55,526 nt of DNA, taken from positions 1 to 55,526 of the forward strand of contig NW_027191512.1 in the NCBI RefSeq assembly GCF_011745625.1. Reading direction: 5' to 3'. This stretch comes from Cladosporium halotolerans (Eukaryota). The position numbers and the translations under genes were made by a program. Positions 1 to 10,291 of this stretch are shown in pieces (position 1 is the first letter of the stretch; each line of letters starts with the position of its first letter). The notes below the pieces were generated by a model, which was not told the origin of the DNA, did no database searches, and saw only the letters and a list, made by a program, of their open reading frames with translations.

Positions 1-7
1 CCGCCTT

Positions 8-98
8 AGGGTTAGTAGGAGATCAGTGTTCTCCTCCGTTGCCTTTTGGCGAGGGTTAGTAGGAGATCAGTGTTCTCCTCCGTTGCCTTTTGGCGAGG
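8..98. repeat. 44-bp direct tandem duplication (2 copies + 3 nt)
   Basis: AGGGTTAGTAGGAGATCAGTGTTCTCCTCCGTTGCCTTTTGGCG at 8-51 and identically at 52-95, followed by AGG. Each unit contains the inverted repeat AGGAGA-N7-TCTCCT. TTAGGGTTAG lies at 6-15. Confidence 0.95.
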
Positions 99-392
99 TC
101 GAGCACTCTTGACGGGCAAACTTTCTTCGCCTCGATTTGCAGAATCCTATTTCAAAACCGTGTAAGCTTTCACAGAGCACCACAGATGGCCTGGGAGCAT
201 GTGGATGCCTGCCTTCATCAAAGGCTTTGTCTGTGTGCGTTAGCTGGAGAGGAGAAATTCGCAGGCCTTTGTTCCCAACTAGCGAATACAAAAAAACAAT
301 GCGTTGCTCAGTCCGAGGTCTTACAATAATGGCCAATAAAACGACGCCCGGTTCCAGTCATTCGATCGGTTCCTAACTTTTCGACTCTACAG

Positions 393-1495
393 ATGATCCA
401 GCAGGGAAGAATCGACGGTGACCATCAAAACATGAGCAACAACAACCAAAGCAGTAACGCCTCCATCGCTCAGGTGGGCGGTGGGAGCGCGGATCGCCTT
501 CCTGACTACACCGCTCATCCTTCCTCAGCCTTGACTCCCCAGGAAAAGGCACCCCTTACCGATCCGTCGCTGCTTGTCGGCGAGACACTTCTTCAACTCG
601 CTGCTAATCACGCCACTAGCGATATCGCCCAGCACGCCAATGACCTCGCTGGTAAGCAGGTGGTGACCACCGACGCGCTCCGTGCCCGCATAGCGAATGC
701 TTTGCTGGTTCGTGCCGCTCAGAGCGGCAGACGCGTCAACGAAGTTAGGGGCGAATGGACGGACATTAGAAAGAAGAATGGCATTTCAGGCAGGAAGAGG
801 ACGGTTTCAGAGCAGAAGGCTGCCAATGGCGTTGAGCGCGCAGTGGGAGAGGCTGAGAAGCAGAACACTGGATTTGCGAGGAATGATTTGAAGCTCTTGG
901 CCAACCCCGATGCACTCTGGGGCGAGCAGCTTATTGAGCTGGCAGAGCGATACTCCCACAGGGACATCGCTGCGTCTTTGCCTATCAATCCAAAGACCCA
1001 GGTTCCGATTCTCACTGTGTCAGGTGTTAATTGGAGGCTGAGGAAGTCTTTGCAAGCTCGTGCTACGGCAACGAGTAGGTCGTTCGACGAGGTGAGAGAT
1101 GAGTTCACGAAGGCCCGCAAGGCGAACGGTGTCCGCACATGGGATGTGCGGACTAGAACTTCGAGTAGGATTGCTTTGGGAGACCAGGGCTCTGCAATGA
1201 CAGCGAAGGGTAGCTCTTCCAGAGAATTCGCAGGGGATGCGGGATCCGAGCTGATGGATGGTGGCGGGGAGATGGAGCAAGACTACAACAAGAAGGTGAA
1301 GAACCTCGTGGGCGCTACTCTTCAGGTCCTTCTGCTTCTGAGGTGTATGCTGCCGACGCCTTACTCGTTCTTTCCGACGATCCAGAGGTGATTGAAGCGG
1401 CTAGTATCCTTCTGACCATGGTCAGCGATGATCGCGCTTCTGTCATGCAGGACTCCGAGGAAATCACAATGGGAGACGCGGACACCGAAGCTTGA
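393..1495 (+). CDS. Hypothetical protein with two copies of a ~75-aa helical domain; C-terminus probably frameshifted
   Basis: 332-aa ORF 393-1391 with an internal repeat (DPSLLVGETLLQLA...IRKKNGI / NPDALWGEQLIELA...ARKANGV). CTAAC...TACAG acceptor directly before 393 (possible donor GTAAGC at 162), so the true start may be ATG 393 or 432. A second frame open 1214-1495 reads more protein-like. Confidence 0.55.
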
Positions 1496-1864
1496 GGAAT
1501 GCCGGGCAATCGAAGACGATTCAGATGGCCTTGCTCACGGGTACGAGGGAAGAAACCCTTGCGATTGGTCTTTTGATTTGGTTAGTAGGGGTTTGGCTTA
1601 GCGTATGCAATTGTTTCTGTTTTGAGTTTTCGGTCACGCTTACGTTTGCAATGTTCAAGTATGGTGAGACTGAGTGATGATAGTCCTGGCGCGTCCAGTG
1701 TTGGGTGGTAAAGTTGGCGACGAGAAGCTGAGAGCCGAGACGATGTTCCCCTTCACTCTAATACGTTTTGGGTGGCACAGGCACTTGGTCAATTGATTGC
1801 AGTGGTAGAATGTTCATACAAATCTTTCCTTCCATCGTCAGTGTGTTCAAAACTTCATACTCCT

Positions 1865-4836
1865 TCATTTTCTTTGTCCTTCCTTCTGCACGACTCCGTT
1901 GAGGAACCCAAGCAAGAAGTCCTTCTGCTCTGTTGGCGTAGCGTGTCCGCTTCCACTGCCGCTTGCCATGCTGCCCAGCCGCGATCTCGGCTGCTCCTGC
2001 GGCCCGGACTTGCCATGGCGCATCGCGTGCGGCGATCCGAGATTGAAAGGAGAGATAGGCGATTCAATCGATGGACTCGGGGCGTGGTTCGGTTTCTTGA
2101 ACAGGTCGAGGAGGGCGTTTTGCGGCGGATGAGAAATGATGGGCGGAGGTGCAGGAGTTCTAGGCTTGCTAGGCCGTTGCGCAGGTTGTAATGCAGGTGC
2201 CGCAGGCGGCTCAGGACTTGGCTTTTGACTGGCTCGTTGCGCAGGAGCAGAAGAGTTCAGTAAGTTGAGAAGGGTGTTGTTGTTTGTGGTGGCCGGCGCC
2301 TGCGGGCTACAAGGCGCAGGAGGCGAATTCAAACCTGCGGATGGTAACTCTTCACGTGGCGCCTGCGGAACTGAGGGCGACTTGCTGAACAAGGCCAGGA
2401 GCTGGTCACGTTTGCCGGTGCCATCTCCGCTTGACTCGCCGCCAGTGGCGTCTATGTCGACAGTGGGCGAAGCGACGGGTAATTCACCGCCATCTTGCCT
2501 TTTAAGTAGCTGAGGCTGAAAGGGTTGCCTTGGCGAGCCTGAAGCTGCGGATCCAGACCTTTCTTTAGCGGACCCGGGTCTGGCAAGAATGGTCATGTGG
2601 ACAGGTGGTTCGTTGGCCTTCGTTCTCGCCTGCCGAGCAGGTGACGGGGAAGCTCCTTTCTTGTCTCGGGGGCCGCGTCCTGAGCCTTGTCGAGCACCCG
2701 AACGTTGCATTATCTGCTTTGCCGGAGCGACCGGCACGTCCTTGCGCTTGGACTCACTGGAACCATTGGGGGGTCGTGTCTCTAGCACGTTTGCAGTGGG
2801 CTGCGGACTTGAGAGTGCAGGTGGCTGCGGAGGAGCGAGAGCTTCAAGCTGAGCAGATGATGTTGCATCCTTCGGCGCAATAGGAGGCGCCTGCATCGTA
2901 TTCGGAGCGGCCGGAGTCATCTGCAAGGGCACTGTAGGGGAATGCTGAGAAGGCCTCTTCGCTTTGAAGTTGAGCGGAAGCGACCTGGTGATTTCATTCA
3001 ACGTCGGTCGCCTTTCTTGCAATGGAGCAGGTGCGGCCGTCAACTCGTCAGGAGCGGGAGACACAATAGCCTGCTCAGCTCGAGGATCTTGTGGCGTCTG
3101 AACGGGCTCTGGTGCCGGGCCGGGTTTGAAAAGGCCAAGCAGCGCGCTCTGATGGGCACTACCCGATCTCGGTGCGGCGTTGGAGCTGACTGGCTGGGGT
3201 TCCGACTTCTGACCGGTTTTGAAAGCGTCCAGCAACTTGATGGACTGTGCCGTAAGCTTGGGAGGCGGCAATTGGGAAGCGTTGGGCGCAGAAGGACCAG
3301 AAGCAATTGCTCCATGTTGACCCTGGACCTGGAACTCTCCAGAAGAAGAGGCTTGCCGTGGCTGAAAGTTTGTCTGAGCAGGTTGAGATGGATATACATG
3401 TTGCTGTTGCATATTCGGTTGGCTGAGACCCCCGGCTGCATGAGGATAAGGCTGCGCAGATGGAACCGGCGGGATGCGTGATTGAAGGTGCTGGGGCCCC
3501 GAGTGTTGTATCTGAGGCGCCAAACCGTTGAGCCCAGGCATGCGGTTGCTGTTGGCGGGTTGTCCAAAGCTGGGAGGTGGAGCAGACATGGTTGGATATT
3601 GGTTGGGTTGAGGCATCCCAGGCTGAGTGATCGGAAACTGTGGCGGTGGAGGCTGATGACCACCCGGTGGTTGTCTTGGGTGCCGAGGGTGCGGTGACTC
3701 TGGTTGCGAGGGCATGAATGCGTTGAGCTGATCCAATGGTGTCTGCGGAGGCGGCCCAGTCTGCTGACCTGGGGCGCTTCCTTGCAGCATTGCAAGTAGG
3801 TTGTTCGCCTGAGATGTCTGCGGAAGAGAAGGAGTCTGGTGCACAGTCGCAGGACTCGGGCCACCGATGTACAGCAGTCTCTTTAGCTCTTCCGAGTGGT
3901 CTGCGGCCGGCGCAGGCACGTTGGCTTGCTGCGCGTAAAATAATGGTTGCTCACCTACAGCCTGCGGCGCATCGAGGCCATGCGCGATCAGCTGCTCTTC
4001 AGTGTGCAAAATGGCCTCGTCCTTCCTCTTCTGCTGGCCAATCCATTTCTTGATGTGGTTCATGAACGGAGCTACCATGTAGAATTTGTTCGTGTTGCCG
4101 CCTTCTCCGTCGTTCCTGCTCCTTTTGGCGAAGCCTGGAAGGTCGCGCAAGTTGTACCATTGAATCTTGCTGATCTCTTTCCGCGTCTTGGGCTCAAAGA
4201 CCGTTTCGAGAGGCACATCGCGAAACACGAACATCCGCATGTGCTGCTCCCTCATGGTGATATCAATGTGCTTGGCGTCCTGCTCGTTCTCCGGCACCAG
4301 ACCTGCGGCGCGGATGTCGAAACCGGTCTCTTCCCAGACTTCACGAATCGTGCAATCGAGATCTTTCTCATCCTTGTTGATTTTGCCACGTGGGAAACTC
4401 CAAGACGCGCCTTTCTTCCAACCCTTGACAAGTACGACGCGCTCCATGGTCTCATCGAGAAGGATTGCGCCGCGCACAGGCACTCGCACTTTGTAAGCCA
4501 GGAATTCCTCGTACGCTGCGAGGTGCTGCTCGCTGGTGAAGCCGCTGAGGAGCGGACAGTGCTGGAAAAGCTGCAAGCAGAATTGACGGAGATGCATGCC
4601 CGGCAGAGGACGCCCGATGGCAGCAGCCAGCGGACGAACGAAGTCTTCATAGTACCATTGGGCTTCTTCAACTTGGAAACATAGCCGTGGAATGCTTTCG
4701 AGTTCGGATTTGGGTAAGTTAAGTAGGAAGCGTACGCTGAGGTCGTCAAACCCTGGGCCATTGTCAGCACTTGTGCGAACTACTTCCAGACATGCCGCAA
4801 CGCACAATCAGCTAGCCCCATCCTCGCTTCTGCCAT
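1865..4836 (-). CDS. DCP2: mRNA-decapping enzyme catalytic subunit Dcp2 (Box A + Nudix + long low-complexity tail)
   Basis: Exon 1 4836-4806 (MAEARMGLAD), intron 4805-4753 (GTGCGT...GCTGAC...CAG), exon 2 gives WFDDLSVRFLLNLP...FQVEEAQWYYEDF (Box A) and the Nudix box FPRGKINKDEKDLDCTIREVWEETGF. Confidence 0.95.
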
Positions 4837-5259
4837 GCTGTCCAGTATCGCGAGGTGAGAGCTGAAGCATTTCTGAGCTGAGTGGGAGCGATCGAGGCTG
4901 CCGGGAGAAGCAGCCGGAGAAGCACACGACTTCAGAAGACCTTGGCGAAAGTCTTCTGCCAGGAGCGAGTAGGGTTTGTGGTGCGCCGATGCGTGAGGCG
5001 ATGGGCGGTAACAATATTGTGGTGGAGTGAGTGGTTGTAGTCCTGAGCAAGCAACTGCCGTGGTTGCTTCATCACACGCGCGCCAGCGGGTTTGGAGCTC
5101 GAGCACCCGCGCACGAATGATCAGGCCCCCGGTGGATGAAGCAAGGTGCGGACCGCAACCGGCCGCTCCCAGCCCCGCGCGCCAGCGAGGCTCAAATCGC
5201 CGCCTGCAAGGCATTTCTGGACCGTTGACCGCCGGGCTCATGCCACGCTACTTCCCACG

Positions 5260-6408
5260 ATGGCCAACGAAGATGTGAAGCAATACATCGACTCGGCGCA
5301 CGACTTCTATGAGCTTCTGGGCGTGCAGCCCACCAGCGGCGAGAAGGAGCTGCGCAGTGCCTGGCGCAAAACCGCACTCAAGTATCACCCGGACAAGGTC
5401 GGCGCGAACCAGGAGGCCCTCGACAAGTTCCACCTTTTGCAAATCGCCTACGATGTGCTCAGCAATGCGACAACAAAGGAGCTGTACGACAATGCGCGCC
5501 GCGCAAGGGAGGAGAAGGCGCTGCGCCAGGAGGCCTTTGGCGCAAGGCGGAAGACGATGATCGATGAGCTGGAAAGAAGGGAGAGTGGTGCCCTGAAGAG
5601 GAAGCGAGACGAGCTGGACGAGCAGGAGAAATTTGAGAGGGAGCTTGCGAGGTTAGCCGCAGACGGCAAGAGGAGAAGGGAGGCGAGGGCAGAGGAGCTG
5701 AGACGTGAGGCCGAGGCGGAAATGAAGAAGGAGGAGGAGGAGCAGCGCCAACACAACACTCCGGTCGCAGCCACGAACGGGCAGGTAGAGGAGATGGATC
5801 GATCTGTGCGGCTGCGATTCCCCAAGAATGAGGAAACGGAGCATCTTGACCGCGACAGCGTACAAGAGCTTTTGTCGCGCTTCGGCAAGATCGAATACAC
5901 CATTCTTCGCGACAAAAAGGTCAAGCTGCCTGGAGAGAAGCACCGAGCAACCTACTACACAGTCCTCGTCGTTTTCGTCAGCATCGTCGGGGCGCACGCG
6001 ATGGTCTCAGATTTCGACAAGGTCAAGAAGGAGGACAAGCGCTTCGCCGTCTTTGAGGAAGTCAACTGGGCAAGCGGCACCGAACCACAGTGCGTACCGA
6101 AAGCAGCGCCTCGCGGACCGAGCCCAGAGCAGGCGACGACACAATCAAATCCCAGCGCGAGCGCTACGCCAGAGACGCCGCGGGCGAAATTCAACGCATC
6201 GCTCAACGGTGAGCCCGGGCTGCGTAAAGTCCCTTCCTTTGGCTCTTTCAAGGCCACGCCTACGTCAAAACAAACGAACGGGTTTGCCAGCGCCACGAAC
6301 AGTCCCTCCATGGACGAATTTACGATGATGCGGCTGAAGAATGCTGAGAAACGCCGCTTGGAAGAGAAGATCAGGCGAGAAGAGGCGGAGGCGGCGGGTG
6401 AGAAGTGA
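5260..6408 (+). CDS. CWC23: DnaJ-domain + RRM pre-mRNA splicing factor (Cwc23/DNAJC17-like)
   Basis: N-terminal J domain with YHPDK, charged coiled coil, RRM-like region (RSVRLRF...LLSRFGKIE), C-terminal TMMRLKNAEKRRLEEKIR. ATG at 5260. Confidence 0.85.
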   Translation: MANEDVKQYIDSAHDFYELLGVQPTSGEKELRSAWRKTALKYHPDKVGANQEALDKFHLLQIAYDVLSNATTKELYDNARRAREEKALRQEAFGARRKTMIDELERRESGALKRKRDELDEQEKFERELARLAADGKRRREARAEELRREAEAEMKKEEEEQRQHNTPVAATNGQVEEMDRSVRLRFPKNEETEHLDRDSVQELLSRFGKIEYTILRDKKVKLPGEKHRATYYTVLVVFVSIVGAHAMVSDFDKVKKEDKRFAVFEEVNWASGTEPQCVPKAAPRGPSPEQATTQSNPSASATPETPRAKFNASLNGEPGLRKVPSFGSFKATPTSKQTNGFASATNSPSMDEFTMMRLKNAEKRRLEEKIRREEAEAAGEK

Positions 6409-6528
6409 TCATGAGAGCCGCCCTCCTTCACCCTTCAATACTATTTAATCAGTGATACCCCTTTCGATGATTGCCTAGCTAGGTCGATTTTACGTATTAG
6501 TATAATACCGAAGCGCATTGCGCGCTAC

Positions 6529-9507
6529 TCAGGCAGCAAATGCTTGCTCGTCACATCTGTCTCCTTCTCTCCAGCAATCTGCGATCCACCCAAGCATGAC
6601 CAAGTGAGGCATCTTCGGCCGCTCGGCACACGACCTTTTGAGCTTATCGATGCCCTGATTGCCCTTCGCGACAAACACATGCGTGACTTTCGGATCCTCG
6701 AAGTCATCCGTCAGCTCGCCGCCAGCGAAAACGAACATGCGCCTCGCCGCCTCGTCAAGATCCTCGAAATAGGCCTTCAGCCCGTGGAACATGAAGCCCC
6801 TGCCCAATATCTCCTGACCCAGGCCGATCATCTCGTCCAGGACTTTTCTCGCTCTCACGCTGCTGGCTGAGTCTGCGTCCATTTTCGCAAACAAAGAGGC
6901 CAGCTCGTGAGTCTCCAGATCGCGGAAATAGCTATCGCCGTGCCCGTCGACATGGCTCGCCCACCTTTCCGCGTCTTCGTCTTTGGCGAAATAGGCGTGT
7001 CGACCCAGTTCTACCGGCAGCGGCGGAATTTCCTTCTCTCCGAGATTCCCTAGCCGCGCCTCGTCCTTCTCGCTCTGCGCCACCTGATCGTACAACCACT
7101 GCGGCCGGATGATGCTCTTCTGAGCACGCTTCTGCACCGAAGCAACTTTGACCAGTTTTCTGTCCGCGATGCAGATCGTGTCTTCGCCTGTTTCAGATGC
7201 TACTACGGTCCCACCGTTCACTTTGATGAATGATTCGATCTCGGCCTTGGATTTCTTGAGAGGCTTCACAGCTTCGGTCATGACACAGAAGGCCATGTTG
7301 TGGAACACTTTCTTCGGCGGGCCGGCGAAAGCTGCACTCAGCTTCTGTCCTTTCTCCTCCTGGCCTTGAATGACGAGTCCTCGCTTGCGTTTCCGCGCTA
7401 CAGATCGATTCTTGCGAGCGTCTTCGATCTTGAACTGTTTCTCTTTCCGCTCTTCCTCTACCCTCTCGCGCACAGCGCCGAACTCGAGCGCCGACAATGC
7501 TTGTTCCCAAGTTTTATCTGTGCGAATCCTCTTCAGCCGCGGGAACCGCAGCGTCTTGCCGTAGCCAAACTGATCGGTCGTGTGCACAGATGCAGCCTTG
7601 ACTTCCAGAACAATGGAGTCCTCTGGCTTGATCCACACATCGGGCCGCTCATACTGCAGCTTCGCGCCACCAAGGATGATCCAGTCTGTGGGAGGCGAGC
7701 GATAGTCCCACTCAATCCATTTGCCGTCGGTGCGGTGGCGTACTTCGGCGTAGTCGGCTGCGTTGAAGCCGCCGCCCACCTTGAAGAAGGAGAAGCACTT
7801 CTGCGGGTTGTTGCCTTGATCGATCTGGGCCTGGTCAATCCGCAGGCCGCAGAGGAAGCTACTCAACGCGCCGCCTCGTTTACCTGAGCCGAAGTAGCCA
7901 CCAATTACAACGCAGTCCAATGCTTCGCCAAACTCGGTCATGTACTCCGGCTTGACTTTGATCCAATCGTCGTTGCGGTCGTTCAGCCGGTAAGCAGATC
8001 GGGGGTTCTTCAGGACAAGCCCTTCACTTTTGTCCGCTACGACTTCGCGGAGCTTGGGCTCGATCTGAGCTGCATCACGCGCTTCGTCGTAGGCATGAAT
8101 CTCGAAGCGGCGGTGGACTGGTTGGACCGCTTTTTCTAGGGCCGCGCGACGGACACGCAGTGTGTGATTTGTAAGATCTTTGCCGTTGAGATAGATGCAG
8201 TCGAAAATGCGGTACACTGGTCGGCTTCCACCATCGAACGAGACTTGGGTGTTCTGTTCTGAGATTGCGGCTGTCTTGAGAGTGCCGAATGGGGAAATCT
8301 TATCGGTTTCCATGTTCCAGGTGATCATCTCGCCGTCGAGGATGATGCTCTGCACGCCCGTCTGGAACGCACCTTTCATGTGTTTCGTCAGAGAGCCGGA
8401 GGAATCTTCGAAGCTTTCGCCGTAGAGATATGTGTAATCTTTGGCTTTTCGCGACCAGAATCTGAAACGAAAACCTCCGGTAGTGTCATCGTCGCGGATC
8501 ATGTGTAGCTGCATGCGTTCTCCGTCCAACTTCTCCTCGATCCAGAAGACATCGTCGTCGCCTTCTGGTCTCATCTTCTTGACCATCTGCTCCATCGAGC
8601 GCATTTGGAAGGCGGCCAGTTGGGGTTGAAAACATTCCATGATATGAATTCCTCGTTTGTCTCCCTCCAGCCGGACTTCCGCGTCGTAAAGCTCCCAACA
8701 TACTCGGCGCAAGTTGCTGGAGATGTTGAACAGGTCTTCAGCATCGGGATGCCAGAGCTCGAGGATGGTCTTCTCGGTGGCCCCGATCTTCATCTGGCGT
8801 AAGATCATCCGGATGAGCCACATCAGCTCTTCGGCGTTCATGCGGTTGTAAAATCCTTCGAGGATGGGGCGTTGGTTCTCTTCTTTCTGCGCAACGCTTA
8901 GCCGGTCAAGTAACTCATTGACTTCGGCAATGGTCATGTCGCCGGGCGTAGTGCGCATGGGTCGCTTGCTGATGACCTCGAAGCAGCGACCGGCAAAGTC
9001 ACCCGCCATCGCGCTCGATGATTTGAAGCCGGGGAGCTTCCAATGCAAGATGCTGTAGCCATCCTCACTATTTTTGTCGATCTTCATGATCTTGACGAGC
9101 AATTTGCCGATGGTCATCTCCTTTAGTCCGTACATGGCACGGTCACGGTCTTTCTCGGGTACGATGAGCCTGAAGGCAGGGAAGATGTCATTGCCGACGA
9201 CCTTTCGCCATCGGGAGATGAAGCGTTCGATAATGCCTCTGCGAATGTCATTTGGAGACTTTACTTGAGGCCCCTGCCTGCGTCTGGCGTTGATTGCGCC
9301 GATAGGTCTCTTTTTGTTCTCTTGCAGTGGATTGAAGAGGGTGAGAAATAGGTCTGAGAAGGGAAGGGTCCTGGAGTGGTTGTGCGGACGGTTGGGGTAT
9401 TTCTCGTCCAAGTCTTGCTCTGTCATGGCGCCATGTCCGTACATCATCTTTTCTTCACGCACCGCATCCTCGTCGATCATGGTCGTGTCGCCTTCCGTGT
9501 CGGACAT
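6529..9507 (-). CDS. LIG4: DNA ligase IV (NHEJ), ATP-dependent ligase with C-terminal BRCT domains
   Basis: 992-aa uninterrupted ORF. Ligase motif I EEKLDGERMQLH, ILDGEM, EGLVLK, WIKVKPEY, TLRFPR; BRCT-like segments ending IIRPQWLYD and GWIADCW. Confidence 0.96.
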   Translation of the reverse strand: MSDTEGDTTMIDEDAVREEKMMYGHGAMTEQDLDEKYPNRPHNHSRTLPFSDLFLTLFNPLQENKKRPIGAINARRRQGPQVKSPNDIRRGIIERFISRWRKVVGNDIFPAFRLIVPEKDRDRAMYGLKEMTIGKLLVKIMKIDKNSEDGYSILHWKLPGFKSSSAMAGDFAGRCFEVISKRPMRTTPGDMTIAEVNELLDRLSVAQKEENQRPILEGFYNRMNAEELMWLIRMILRQMKIGATEKTILELWHPDAEDLFNISSNLRRVCWELYDAEVRLEGDKRGIHIMECFQPQLAAFQMRSMEQMVKKMRPEGDDDVFWIEEKLDGERMQLHMIRDDDTTGGFRFRFWSRKAKDYTYLYGESFEDSSGSLTKHMKGAFQTGVQSIILDGEMITWNMETDKISPFGTLKTAAISEQNTQVSFDGGSRPVYRIFDCIYLNGKDLTNHTLRVRRAALEKAVQPVHRRFEIHAYDEARDAAQIEPKLREVVADKSEGLVLKNPRSAYRLNDRNDDWIKVKPEYMTEFGEALDCVVIGGYFGSGKRGGALSSFLCGLRIDQAQIDQGNNPQKCFSFFKVGGGFNAADYAEVRHRTDGKWIEWDYRSPPTDWIILGGAKLQYERPDVWIKPEDSIVLEVKAASVHTTDQFGYGKTLRFPRLKRIRTDKTWEQALSALEFGAVRERVEEERKEKQFKIEDARKNRSVARKRKRGLVIQGQEEKGQKLSAAFAGPPKKVFHNMAFCVMTEAVKPLKKSKAEIESFIKVNGGTVVASETGEDTICIADRKLVKVASVQKRAQKSIIRPQWLYDQVAQSEKDEARLGNLGEKEIPPLPVELGRHAYFAKDEDAERWASHVDGHGDSYFRDLETHELASLFAKMDADSASSVRARKVLDEMIGLGQEILGRGFMFHGLKAYFEDLDEAARRMFVFAGGELTDDFEDPKVTHVFVAKGNQGIDKLKRSCAERPKMPHLVMLGWIADCWREGDRCDEQAFAA

Positions 9508-10206
9508 GTTTCCGGATTATCAGGCGGATTGCGGGAATAGTGGTCACGGACGGTGCAAAAGCCGTCGGGTTGATCCATCAATGTCGGACGTCTCTGTGGT
9601 TGAAACACTCAATTCTCTCATGAGGCGAGAGGTGGTGGTTGACGCTGGCGCACGGCGCACAGCGCAGGCAGCAATGCCCACTGGGCTGGAGGAAGCAGCG
9701 GCTTTGGTGAGACGGGAGGTCACGGGATGTGGGCTTGCGTTCCGAACGTTCGTAAGTGAAGTTCCAGATCTGACTGGCATCTACTATTTGCTGTCTGATG
9801 TCCTCGCGACTTTCCGCAGCCGTATCCCAGCCGTATCTAGGTGCAGTGGTCCTGCGCAATGAATAAGCTATGCTGATTCACGTAGAGCGATCCTCCAGCG
9901 CCGCGGGTGTATATCACGTCGGTCTTCAGATATGATCTTTGCGGTGCGGATCAAGGTGTGGCATTTGGGAGAGGTGCTATTTTGGGAGGTGACAGTGGAG
10001 ATGCAATCGCGGTAGTCTCAGGCCGCGAGGCCCGCGGAGGTGGCCAGCAAGGATGGAGCGCGGACAGGCGTTGCTGGCGGGGCTCGCGTCGTCACGGCAT
10101 GGCAACCATCCCTGCAGCCTGCACCAACACACCCTGCCAGCAGCCACCAGCCCTCAGAACGACACGCCCGCGCTCGCCGCCCACCACCGCCCACCCCGGC
10201 CTGCGT

Positions 10207-10219
10207 CCCCCCCCCCCCC
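10207..10219. repeat. C13 homopolymer in C-rich leader
   Basis: 13 consecutive C upstream of the IRS4-like start, in the LIG4/IRS4 divergent intergenic region. Confidence 0.9.
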
Positions 10220-10291
10220 TCCCTCGCGCCGCCAGACTGGATACGATGCTCCCCCGGCACCGTCCAACCTCTGACTGCGGCTCTCTGCGGC

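Noticed and set aside
8..98. Hairpin-containing repeat as a CRISPR array
   Set aside because: Units are directly adjacent with no spacers, there are only two copies, the context is eukaryotic and there are no cas genes.
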